Below, in pieces: positions 14,052 to 25,329 of a DNA stretch of 64,000 nucleotides. Position 1 is the first letter of the stretch. Every line of letters starts with the position of its first letter. A program made the translations under genes and the position numbers. The notes under the pieces were generated by a model, which saw only the letters and a program-made list of their open reading frames with translations, made no database searches and had not been told where the DNA came from. Source of the stretch: Felis catus (taxonomy: Eukaryota). The stretch is taken from positions 21,950,001-22,014,000 of the forward strand of contig NC_058369.1 of assembly GCF_018350175.1 (NCBI RefSeq). Reading direction: 5' to 3'.

Positions 14052-14429
14052 GCTATTAGTTTCATGTATTTTCACTTATGTGTACTATAAGCCCTACAAT
14101 ATAGTTTTATAATATAGATTTTAAATATTCTGTATCTTTAAAACAAATAAAGTGAAGAAGAGAGAAAGTATAGTAATCTGTCTTTACCTGCATATTTGCA
14201 GTTTCTGAAAACTGGTAATTTAGGGTCCATCTAGTGTCTGAGAAACTCCTCCTTAGCCCAAATAACTTTATTTTGCATTTCTTCTAGTGAAGTTGCAATT
14301 CTCTGTTTTCATTTATCTGAAAATGACTTAATTTCACCTTCCTTTTTGAAGTAAATAGAAATCTGACTTGAATGGGTTTTTTTCTTTTAACACCTTAAAG
14401 ACACTCTTTCATGGTTTCTGTACCTAATT

Positions 14430-14465
14430 TTTCTTTTTTTTTTTAATGTTTACTTTTGAAACAGA

Positions 14466-14513
<48 letters not shown>

Positions 14514-14678
14514 ATGAGCTGGGGAGAGGTAGAGAGAGAGGGAGACACAGAATCTGAAGTAGGTTCCAGGCTCTGAGCTGTCAGCACAGAGCCCGATGTG
14601 GGGCTCAAACCCATGAACCATGAGATCATGACCTGAGATAAAGTCAAAAGTTTAACCGACTGAGCCATCCAGGCGCCC
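14430..14678 (-). mobile_element. SINEC_Fc
   Basis: Antisense consensus. TSD-like TAATTTTTCT. Confidence 0.9.
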
Positions 14679-14889
14679 TCTTAATTTTTCTGATCAGAGA
14701 TCTTCTGTCACTTATTTTGTTGTTCTTCAGTCTATATGTAATATGTTGTTTTTCTTTGGCAGCTTTTGAGGTTTTATTTTTGGCTCTCTACAGTTTGATC
14801 AAAATGTACATAGGTGTGGTTTTTCTTGGTATTTATCTTGCTTGCAACTTTCTGAGCTTCAGCCATTGTTTCTTCAAACATTATTATTT

Positions 14890-15080
14890 AAAAATTTTTT
14901 TAAAGTGTTTATTAATTTTGAGAGAGAGAGAAAGAGAGAACATGAGCTGGGGAGGAGCAGAGAGGGAGAGAGGGAGAGAGAGAATCCCTGACACAGGGTT
15001 TAGTCTCACAAGCCATCAGATCATGACCTGAGCCAAAACCAAGAGCCAGACACTTAACTGACTGAACCACCAAGCACCCC
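14890..15080 (-). mobile_element. Can-SINE (internally deleted)
   Basis: Antisense head and (AG)n. TSD CTTCAAAC[A/G]TTAT. Confidence 0.8.
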
Positions 15081-16858
15081 TTCAAACGTTATTTATGTCC
15101 TATTCTTTCTTCAGTGTTTGGCAGTTATGTTAGATTATTTCATGTGCAACCATGAGACTCTGAGCTTCTGTTTTTCTTTAATCTTTTATGTCTCTCTATT
15201 TTGGATTGAATGAGTTACTGGCAATCAGTCTTACAGTTCATGGACTCTTTCTTCTGCATCTCCAATTTTTTTCTTAAGCCCATCTAGTGAATTTTAAAAT
15301 TTTTCATATTTTAGTTCTAGACTTTTTATTTTTTACAGTTTCAATTTCTTTGCTGAGAGCCTGCTTCATTTCATTCATTATATCTATGTTTTTATGTAAG
15401 TCACTGGATATATTTATAATGAAATATACTAATTCCAACATCTGTGTTTCGAATTAGTTTCTATGAATTCCTTTTTCATCCCCTTGATTATGCATCACAT
15501 AGTTTTGTTTTGTTTTTTTAAATTTAATACCTTTTGATTGTATGTAGGACATTGTGAACGGTAATTTTTTCAGACTCTGGGTTCAGTTTTGTCATCCAAA
15601 AAGTGTCGATTTTGTTCTTGAAATAAGTTAACTTACTGGGACTTGGGCTCCAAAACTCTGTCTCCCCTGAGGTGGGCAATGGCTGAAATTTCCCCTAACT
15701 TCTTATCGCTCAGACTTTTCTTTGGTCTCCCAGAGTCTCCCTCATGAAACGATAGTACAGTAGTCAACAGAGGATTTGTGTAGAATGTAGGCTCAGATTT
15801 TGGGGATCCCACCCTCTGTGGAGCCCTCTTTTCTGGGATTTCCCTTATATCTTTCCAACCTCTCTGGTAGCCTGAAGTCTGTCTCTAACATGTCAAGGCA
15901 GCAAGACCACAGCTTTGTGCCAGCCCACGCTGCACAGATAAGGGACTGCCCTCAGGCAAAAAGCCACAAACATGACGTCTCACCCAGTGCAGCTCCCATC
16001 TTTCAAGGGTTAACTTCCCTCCAGTTTCTGTATCCTTTAGGTCAATATCCAATCCTTTCAGAGTTAAAATTTTTTTGTCTTGATTTTATAATTGTCATTT
16101 GTAAGCGGGACATTTTGATCAAGCTGCTCTACTGGACCCAGACTGGAATCAGCCATAGCTCCCTACAGTACCTGGTACCCTGATTCCTATGACTTTCTGT
16201 GTTTTGAGGGGTGTTGAATTAGTTTGCTTCCTGTTGGAATCTCTCCCTGGAGGTATTCAATTTTTACCTTATTCTTTAAGTCATTAACCTTTCTTCATGT
16301 GTTTACTCTTCTCATGTACTGTGATTCAGGATTACAAACGTCTTTACATTTCATCCATGATGGATTTTTTTCCTTATTATTGTTAGAATTAACTTCTGGA
16401 AAGGAAATGGGGGTGGAAGTGACTTTATTCTGTGCTCTTGAAACCTAAAGTCTCTTGAGTTATTCTTAAGCATATTTAGGTTGTAAATTTTGGGGCTAGG
16501 ATAGTGTCTCTTGCATTTTCTCGACACCATGGACTTATAAGAGATACATTCACAAAATGCATGTTGAAATCCAGGTGCTTTGCACACACAAAGCTCTCTG
16601 AAAAGTGTCCGTGTTTCTGGCTGTTTTGGCTCAGTTGCTGTCTAAGAAACAAACTTCAATATTCCTGTCTTCTCTGAACCACTGCTCTTGGCCTCCACTT
16701 ACCCAGTTTTCTCCCAGGCTATAGCTATACCCTGTGCCTTCTCAGTGACGTGTAGATCGTATTGATAGAAAAGTGAAAATCTTTTCACAGGCAAAGCCCA
16801 CAGGATGAATGCTGTCCATGGTTTCAGGAAAAGTATTGTCCCCCAAGCCTTTAAAAAT

Positions 16859-16859
<1 letters not shown>

Positions 16860-16910
<51 letters not shown>
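16860..16910. repeat. (TG)25 microsatellite
   Basis: Uninterrupted TG repeat. Confidence 0.97.
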
Positions 16911-16912
<2 letters not shown>

Positions 16913-17639
16913 GGAGGGGGGGCAGTCTAAAGTTCAGTGTTAGAAAAATGTTTATTCCCATGGTTTTCTCCTAAGGTCTTCCTGAGAAAAATAATGTAAA
17001 AGAATCACTTCACATTTCCAGTGGCAGATCCGATCTGCCAGAGCCCTATTCATCTTGAAGATAAATCTAGGAATCTGGGTTCATGGCCACGCTATGCATT
17101 CTGTCTCAGAGTAACATCGGTGGGTCCTCCTCCTTAGCCACTAGCTTTCTCATGGACTGATAAACTCCTCGGTGCCTAGAAACAGTGCAGCACACAGACA
17201 TGCTCGGCCGCCCTGGAAATGTCTGTGTTTCTGTATCAAATCTCTGTCAATCCAAGGATGAAGGGTGTATGTGGGAACCTCCATTTTTAATTAGCCTTTA
17301 GGGCACAGCCTGCTCTCCCTGCACTGTCACAACAAAGGGAGATTTGTTTCTTTGGGAAATAGTATTAAGATGCAGAATTGAAATTGTATACATGTCATGT
17401 ATGAAATGGCTTTTATCTACTTTTTCATCAGTGACAACTGATCTCCGGTTCTGGCTCAGCCATTTACCAGTTGTATAACCTTGGGAAAACTCAGGTCTCA
17501 GCTGAATTAATCTAGTTTCCTCCTTTATAAACTGTGGTGATCATGTTTTCCCTGACCACCTACCTCAGACACTTTGTGAGGCTTACAGGATAGCTTGAGC
17601 ATGGAAAAATGTTATTAAAAATATAAAAATAAATTATTG

Positions 17640-17840
17640 AGGGGCACCTGGATGGCTCAGTCAGTTGTGTCCAACTTCAGCTCAGGTCATGTTCTCACAG
17701 TTCGTGGGTTTGAGCCCCATGTTGGGCTCTATGCTGATAGCTGGGAGCCTGGATCCTGCTTTGGATTCTGTGTCTCCCTCTCTCTCTGCCCCTCGCCTGC
17801 TTGTGCTCTCTCTTTCTCAAAAATGAATAAACATTAAAAA
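17640..17840 (+). mobile_element. SINEC_Fc
   Basis: GGGGCACCTGGATGGCTCAGTC head through AATAAACATTAAAAA tail. Confidence 0.9.
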
Positions 17841-17899
17841 ATAAGTTATTGATATGACAGCTTAGAGAAGTTTTTCTTATGAGGAGGGATAAGTTAAAA

Positions 17900-18112
17900 A
17901 AAATTTTTTTTAACATTTATTCACCTTTGAGAGACAAAGAGAGACAGAACGTGAGTGGAGGAGGGGCAGAGAGAGGGAGACACAGAATCCGAAACAGGCT
18001 CCAGGCTCCGAGCTGTCAGCACAGAGCCTGACACGGGGGTTGAACCATGAACCATGTGATCATGACCTGAGCCAAAGTCGGATGCTTAACCAACGGAGTC
18101 ACCCAGGCACCC
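17900..18112 (-). mobile_element. SINEC_Fc
   Basis: Antisense consensus. 20-bp TSD GAGGAGGGATAAGTTAAAAA. Confidence 0.92.
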
Positions 18113-18623
18113 AGAGGAGGGATAAGTTAAAAAGGGAAACCTTGGTTGCCTTCTGAGAGAGTCAAATTCTGGAAGTAAAACCAGAATAGGACAATGGGGC
18201 ACTGAGCCTGCAGAAGGCAGGCTGCCACTGTCACTGCCACACATCCCCTCCTTTCCTCAGCCCTCCCTGCCCCCAGGTGGAGACAGCAATCGACACTGGG
18301 CAGGACACCCCTCCCCCGTGCTGCTAGGCCGCCTCTGCTGCTGGGCCTTGTCAGAGGGCTGACAATCAGCTCCCTGCTGCTTTCTCATCTTTTAAAATCC
18401 AATTAAACATCTCTGGCCACAGCGTGACAATTGTCTGGGCTCCACACAGGAGAACTTCACCTGAGGTGGCATTAGGAAGCCAACAGAGAAAAGAAAAACT
18501 TCTTTATCCTGGAAAGATCAGGCCCACAGTTCCTGAAAGGGTAGAACTATCGTGAGGTCTGGACCCATGTTCAGACTGAGAAGTTGCCTGGCTCAATTCC
18601 GAACTTCAAGATGTCAAAGGTCA

Positions 18624-18820
18624 GGGGCACCTGGGTGGCTCAGTCGATTAAGTGTCTGGCTCTTGGTTTCCACTCAGGTCGTGATCTCCCAGTTCATGGG
18701 TTCAAGCCCTGCGTCGGGCTCTGTGCTGCTAGCACAGAGCCTACTTGGGATCCTCTCTCCCTCTCTCTCTACCCCTCCCCATCTGTCTCTCTCAAAATAA
18801 ATAAATAAACTTAAAAAAAG
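18624..18820 (+). mobile_element. Can-SINE
   Basis: Consensus head and tail. TSD AAGAT[G/A]TCAAAGGTCA. Confidence 0.9.
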
Positions 18821-19256
18821 ATATCAAAGGTCAAGTAGCAGAGTTAACCTCATCCACATGGGTCCCTGTACCCAGAAGCGATCTGCTGCTTTCAGCATCA
18901 GCCATGGCATAAGGCATGTGTGAGAAATAGCAGGCTTGAGCAGGATGTCCCAGTAGGGAGGGATGCTGGAACCTTCGGATAGGCCAGGTCACAGGAGACT
19001 GTGAAGCTAGGAGTCAGTCGTACTGGACTGTAGGGCCTGACCTCGAACAGGGTGGGAGGATTCTGCAATGGGCAAAGGTGTCCTACCCTGTGGAGTGCCA
19101 TCTTGTAACATCTTGCCATTACCGATGCTTCCTGACTTTATGCAGCCCAGCTACTCACAGTGCATTGGCACGGTTTTTGCTGACTACCATGGTGGCTTCC
19201 CCCAGACACATAGGAGGGTGGATGCTGTATCTGGAAGGGTCAAAGCTTCTTGTTCC

Positions 19257-19488
19257 TGGGGCGCCTGGGTGGCTCAGTCCATTAAGCATCCGACTTTGGC
19301 TCAGGTCATGATCTCACGGTTTGTGGGTTCAAGCCCCGCGTCAGGCTCTGTGCTGACAGCTCGGAGCCTGGAGCCTGGAGCCTGGAGCCTGGAGCCTGCT
19401 TCAGATTCTGTGTCTCCCTCTCTCTCTCTGTTTCTCCCCCACTTGTGCTCTGTCTCAATCTCTCTCTAAAGACCTGGAGCCTGCTTCA
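19257..19488 (+). mobile_element. SINEC_Fc with internal (GGAGCCT)5 and an atypical 3' end
   Basis: Consensus head. TSD AAAGCTTCTTGTTC at 19242-19255 and 19489-19502. Confidence 0.9.
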
Positions 19489-20449
19489 AAAGCTTCTTGT
19501 TCTGAAAGATGTGCTTTGTGGTCACCAGCCCAACCAAACTGGGAATCCGGACTCCGGTCCTCAATCTGCTACTAACCAACTGGACATGGGAGGAAGCTGT
19601 TCTTTTCTTGCGGCCTCGGCTTCCTTATTAATAAAATGACAGGGAAAGGGGGAGCTGGACCAGTGATCTCTAAATCTCCTCTGGGCTTCGCTGTCATGAG
19701 GAATAGTTTCAGCCGATGCCATGTTGCATGTCCGGAGAACTATTCTGTGGGGCCGAGTTTCTGAGGAGGTTTTAAAGATAAAGTAAGTGATTTTCATAGA
19801 ACGAGAGCACTGATGTAATGTAGCCACCTTTAGCAGATGGGCACTCACCTCGTGGGGCGTTTTTCAGAAAGGGAAAGTGATTTGCCAGCAGCTACAATGT
19901 GTCAACAACGCTGCCCGGGTTCCATATCTCCCCCATCCATGTCCCTCCCCGTTCTCGGCTGCGGAGCTCATGATGCGATGGGAGGGTCACCACACTTGCC
20001 CTAGTTGTGGAGACGGAGGGTAAAGGATGAATAAACCGTGGAGCGGTTGGGGAAGACTAAATGGCAGAAGAGAGCCTAGGCTGGAAATTGGCAGAGGAGG
20101 GAGATTTAACAAGGCAGGGAGAAGGGAGTGAGGCTTTCTGAGGAAACCAGAAGGCAAGGTTGGCCGGTGTGCCTGGGGCCGGGTGGGGGGCAGTCGGGAG
20201 CAGGCCTGGTGAGAGCAGGAAGCCCAGGAAATGAGGAAGGGCTTGTGCCCCCCATTGCCCCCAGGCGATGCCAGTGCTCCTATACCTGCTGGGCCTTGAG
20301 ACCCAAAGTGTGGCCTGGGACCTAGGAGCTTGCTCCTTGCCTGGGGGCTTGTTTGAAGCATAGCATCTCAGGCCCATCCCAGCCCTACTGAACCCAAATA
20401 TTCATTTTAACACGACCCTAGGGAGATTCCTATGTACCTTAACATTTGA

Positions 20450-20722
20450 TATTTTATTATTTTTTAATTTTTCTTTTTTAATTATATTTTAATTATAAAT
20501 ATAATTTAAAATAATATAAAATAATTATGTATTTTAATTATAAATTAATTATAATTTAATTTTTGAGAGAGAGAGAGAGAGAGAAAGAATGCAAATGGGG
20601 GAGGGGCAGAGAAGCTCTGAGCTGTCAGCACAGAGCCTGATGTGGGGATTGAACCCACGAACCATGAGATCATGACCTGAGCCGAAGTCGGACACTTAAC
20701 CGATTGAGCCACCCAGGCACCC
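20450..20722 (-). mobile_element. SINEC_Fc with long AT-rich tail, inserted into a MER5-like element
   Basis: Antisense head. TSD CCTATG[T/C]ACCTTAA..TTTGA. Flanks resemble MER5A (CTACTGAA..CATTTTAACA..TTTGAAAAGTACTG). Confidence 0.82.
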
Positions 20723-20759
20723 TATGCACCTTAATGTTTGAAAAGTACTGTCATTTAGG

Positions 20760-20897
20760 ACAATGGTTCTCGTCATATTGATGACTGGGCCCCACCTCAG
20801 ACCCTCCCACCCCCAAGCCAGAATTTTCTGGGGACGGGACTTGGACATTGGGGATTTTAAGAAGCTCTAATCTGTAGCCAGGGCTGAGAAATGCTGT
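20760..20897. mobile_element. MER5-like hAT-Charlie MITE
   Basis: CAATGGTTCTC...GGGCCCCACCTCAGAC...CAGGGCTGAGAAATGCTG with terminal inverted repeats. Confidence 0.6.
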
Positions 20898-21389
20898 TTC
20901 CATGGCTGTAAGGCAAGAAAGAAATGTTGGATTGGAGAAAAGCACAGTGAAGGATTTAAGAAGGATCAGTTAGGCAGCAGTGTGAAGGATGAACTCAGGA
21001 AGCAGGCATCAGTGACGGCAAACCAAACACGCAAAACGAAGGGGAAGACAACTTCACCAGGTTGAGTCTTGGTGATCGAGAAAATGGTTCTGCTCGAAGT
21101 TGCTGTGGGGAGTTGGTTTGGAGAGGATAATGAGCGCTTAGTTTGGTTTCAGACATTTCTGCTTAGATTGGATGCTGACTATGCCTGGCAGCATTAGGTG
21201 GTGTGGCATTGGAGCATAGGTTAAAGGGCAGGACTGGACAGCATGGATTTGTAACCCACGATCACAGAGAGGGGAGCCTGAATCACACAAATGGTCCAAG
21301 GTGACCGGATCACAAAATAAAGCCTTTGTTGTGCACATGTTGGGATGGTAGGCTTGGGAGGAATTTTAGAAAATTTTAGGCCAGATTTC

Positions 21390-21425
21390 TTTTTTTTTTA
21401 ATTTTTTAATGTTTATTTATTTTTT

Positions 21426-21461
<36 letters not shown>

Positions 21462-21625
21462 CGAGCGGGGGAGGGACAGAGAAAGAGGGAGACACAGAAT
21501 CTGAAGCAGGCTCCAGACTCTGAGCTGTCAGCACAGAGCCCAACATGGGGCTCAAACCCACAAACCACGAGATCATGACCTGAGCTGAAGTCCAATGCTT
21601 AACTGACTAAGCCACCCAGGTGCCC
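21390..21625 (-). mobile_element. SINEC_Fc
   Basis: Antisense consensus. TSD AGGCCAGA[T/C]TTCT. Confidence 0.92.
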
Positions 21626-23137
21626 TGAGGCCAGACTTCTATGTGTGAACCAAGTGTCCTGACCTCAGTGATAGGGCAAGGAATATCCTTCCAGCTTGAC
21701 CTCAGCAACCCCCCTGCTAGGCTCAGGGAGGGACACTGCCTGGGGCCACCTTGCAGGGGCCCATGGAGTTAGAGCCTAGCCTGTGTGAAGTTCCCCTGCC
21801 AACTCTGTGACTCAGCTACACACTTCCACAGTGATATTTTCAGAGTACAATTATGTGTAGCAGAACCTCTTTTCCATGGCTGACAGAATTGCCCATCTGT
21901 GGAGTCGTTAAGCTCTGTGCTCTGAAAGCAGGGAGGAGGTACACAGCGGGAGCAGATCGGGACATGCTCGGATGCTGGAGGCCTGGGATTCGCGCCCTGC
22001 ACCGGGGCTCCGGAGCCCTGGCCTCCCTCTCCCAGAGGGACTACGGGGAGCTGAGCAGGAGCACACAGGTCGTCTTGGCAGTAGGGTGCGAACCAGACTG
22101 CAAACACACACTGAGACAAAAGAAGCAGGCTCGGAGCCTGGAGATTGGGGCTCGACTCTAGGTCAGCTCTGCTCCCGTACCGCCATACCACCAGTAGGTA
22201 GGCTTGCCCATTTCTTCCTCAGTAAAATGAGGAGTTTTCTGTTCCTCACTGGGCCGCAGTGAGCAGACACAACAGTGCAGGCGAGCAATATAACAAACAC
22301 ACTAGCAGAGAAGGAGGACGAGGACCAAAGGCAATGGGGCTGCCCATTTCCATGATCGTTCGGGAGGTTTTCTATCTTTCCAAGGGCACCAAAAAGTAAG
22401 AACCAGCCCAGTGTGGTTCTGGCCCTGTGCTGGTCTACTCATTCTTCCTCCTTCAGCCCGAGACTCCCCAAGTTAGCCCTTAAAGTGGTCTCCACACCTC
22501 CACTCCATACCTGGTTCTGTGAGCACACTTGGCCTTTGCTAACTGTGAAGCTAGCAAACTTGCCTGTAGTGACCCGATCGCCGTCTTTAGGGTATGCTTC
22601 CCCAAGTGGGGTGGGCATCCCACTTCCTGAGAACGAGATATTCAACTTCTCCTCCTTCTCTCTCCCTTACCTGAGCGGTAAAGGGCTCGCTGTGATGTTT
22701 CCAGTGATAGTGGCTTCTCGGTGTTGGACTAAAGCTTCAGGCTGTAATGATGGGATTTCTGGCACCAGTGCGGTGGGTGGAAATGTGCAGGATTAGATTC
22801 TTCTGGTATCCTTGAAACTGTAGTGCACTGGCTTCTATCAAGCTGTTGGGCTGGCCTGGTGGTAGAATATTTCCCAGCCCTCAAAGACATCATAAATTGT
22901 ACGATCCACATCATCAGGGCTCTGGGATTCCCTGAAATGGGCCCAACTGCGTGAGTTTGCCAGGATTTTGTGGGAACCCAGAGGAGCACAGAGGAGAATG
23001 AGCTGGTGTGCTCCTCACATGAGAAGGACCATTGCGACACAGGGGTATTCGCATTTATCACACTGGCAGAATCTCCCCGGAACCAGAGAAAGCTTCAGCC
23101 AGAAGAAATCTCACGAAAGCCAGTTCATCTGTATGGC

Positions 23138-23315
23138 GCGGTGTTTTTTCAAGCATCAGTGTGAATCAGAATCACTTGGAGGACTTGTTAAAACACGGAG
23201 CGCCGGGCCCCACGTCAGACTCTGTGATTCAGTAGGTCTGGGGTGGGCTGAAGAGTTTGCATTTCTAACAAGTTCTTGGGCGCAGCGGCTGCTGCTGCTG
23301 TTTCGGGAAGTGCAT
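23138..23315. mobile_element. MER5A-like hAT MITE
   Basis: ATCAGAATCACTTGGAGGACTTGTTAAAACAC...TCTGTGATTCAGTAGGTCTGGGGTGGG...TTTGCATTTCTAACAAGTTC. Confidence 0.75.
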
Positions 23316-23804
23316 CGGGGAAGCCGTGGGTCCCATGCTTTGTATTTCCCACACCAGTCTCCGGTGGCCCTCTGCCACCTTGTGTGAGGTAGGTCCTTCC
23401 CAGACGGAGAAGCAAGTTCAGGAGGTCTGTGGTTGCTGAAGGTCACCCCACTGGCGCTGAGCAGAGCTGGGATTCCGAGACTGGCACTCTTCTTGCCCTT
23501 TCTCTGGTTCCAACGCGTACCATTGCCAAGTTGTAGGAGGTCAGCGAAGTGTCGTCCGAACGAGGACCTCAACCTTCCAACTCCTTCTGTAGGATCCTTT
23601 TCATTCCCTTTGCCTTCAGCAGTCTACAGCGAGCTATAATAATTGGGGTATTCTGGAGATTTAGGGAGAAATATTTGGAGAGGGAAAGTGAAAGGGCTGG
23701 GGGTGGGGTGGGGAGGGGAAGAACCTTCCAAGAAGGAAGGTCTCTAAGGGATGAGAGGAGCCCAGTCAGGCAGGGTCTGGGAAAGGAAGCCAAGGAGAGG
23801 CCTT

Positions 23805-23946
23805 GGGAAGGGAAGGGAGGGGAGGGGAGGGGAGGGGAGGGGAGGGAAGGGAGGGGAGGGGAGGGGAGGGGAGGGAAGGGAAGGGAAGGGAAGGGAAGGG
23901 AAGGGAAGGGAAGGGAAGGGAAGGGAAGGGAAGGGAAGGGAAGGGG
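23805..23946. repeat. Polypurine pentanucleotide repeat (GGGGA)n/(GGGAA)n
   Basis: About 140 nt of only G and A on the + strand. Confidence 0.97.
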
Positions 23947-24659
23947 AGCACGCTGTGGGTAGAAAGTTAGGAAACCGAAAGGCCTTTCATACCACTTCCA
24001 CATGGAGCTTCATGGGAAAAGATGTCCAATGTTCTGTCTGTTAGCTCCTTGGTTTTACTCTGCCACATCAAAGGTCTGGTCTGTTTCTGATGTGGTGTGT
24101 TTGCAAAAACCCTCCCATCTGCCCTGGCATTCTTTGTTATTTACCATTAGACTAGTGTCAGTATTTGAAAAAGTATGGAGCGCTTGCTATGGTTCCCTTT
24201 CAGCCCCATGTGTTTCTTGTATTTATCAAAATGGAACACTAACAAATATTTATTTGGTTTTATAAGACATGTTGACAATAAAGACTACCATGTGTGACTC
24301 CCTGCCGTGGTGGTTATTTTGCTCAATACGTGATTGACTAAGATGTCTTCAGTATATTATAAACACACATTAAAAATAGCAACCTAAAAAAAAAAAGATA
24401 AAACTAGCAAAGGAGAAGGTCCATATTTTTGGATGTGATACAGTGCCAACCTGGTTATTAGAACACGAAGCAGATAATCCTTAGTGAGTTATCTAAGTTT
24501 GTATAATGAGTCTTCTTCAAATAAGTATTTTTGGCTCCTGCAATGTTCCTCTTCATTTATAAAAGTTTCTCAAATTGGAACCTTTTAAAAAGGGGCATAT
24601 TTTTTTCCTGTGTGTATGTTCTAATAACCTAGGATATTTAAAGATCTGGCCAAATTTTT

Positions 24660-24683
24660 AAAAAATGTTTATTTATTTCTTTT

Positions 24684-24714
<31 letters not shown>

Positions 24715-25329
24715 CGCACAGGAGCAGGGGAGGGGCAGAGAAAGAGAATCCCAAGCAGGCTCTGCGCTGTCAGTGGGGCTGGAGCCCACGGACCATGAGA
24801 TCATGACCTGAGCTGAAATCAAGAGTCGGACACTTAACCTACTGAGCCACCCAGGCACCCATAAAAGATCTGGCTATTTTATCAAATTTTCAAAAGCAAG
24901 GTCCAATTTCAATTTTTAAAGGAATTAAAATTTTTAAAAATTTATTTATTTTTGAGAGAGCACAAGCAGGGGAGGGACAGAGAGAGAGGGAGAGACAGAA
25001 TCTGAAGCAGGCTCCAGGCTCAGAGATGTCAGCACAGAGCCTGACGCGGGGCTGGAAATCACAAACTGCGAGATCAAGACCTGAGCTGAAGTCAGATGCT
25101 TAACCGACTGAGCCACCCAGGTGCCCCTTAAAGAAATTAAAAAAATATATATATTTTAGAGAGAGGGAGGGAGAGTGTGCACGGGCGGGGGAGAGGGAGA
25201 AAATCCCAAGCAGGCTCCACGTTGCCAGTACAGAGCCTGACAGGGGACTCCGTCCCACAACCCTGGGATCACAACGTCAGCTGAAATCAAGAGTCGGTTT
25301 CTCAACCGACTGAGTCACCCAGGCACCCC
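24660..25329 (-). mobile_element. Three tandem antisense Can-SINEs (~24660-24860, 24930-25127, 25155-25329)
   Basis: Three successive heads each ending CCCAGG[C/T][A/G]CCC. Separate TSD-like flanks (AAAGATCTGGC; TAAAG[G/A]AATTAAAA). Confidence 0.9.

Larger units (their letters stand above)
10300..16130 (-). mobile_element. Patchwork of degenerate old LINE-1 fragments (ORF1/5' regions and ORF2), with SINE insertions
   Basis: Minus-strand ORF1-like fragment MQTRKEWCEIFKVLREKNHQPRI and ORF2-like EIDKLIPKFIWKC..GGLTLPDFKTYHKA. T-rich + strand throughout. Confidence 0.75.

Noticed and set aside
12473..14668. ORFs with ERERER/LSLSLS runs
   Set aside because: Translations of Can-SINE (AG)n/(CT)n segments.
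22671..22932. Exon-like segment on the - strand (TTTCAG acceptor to CAG/GTAAGG donor)
   Set aside because: All three frames contain stops and none resembles a protein I recognise. It could be a lncRNA exon, but sequence alone does not support that.
23549..24044. ORFs with GKGRE/PFPSL repeats
   Set aside because: Translations of the pentanucleotide microsatellite.
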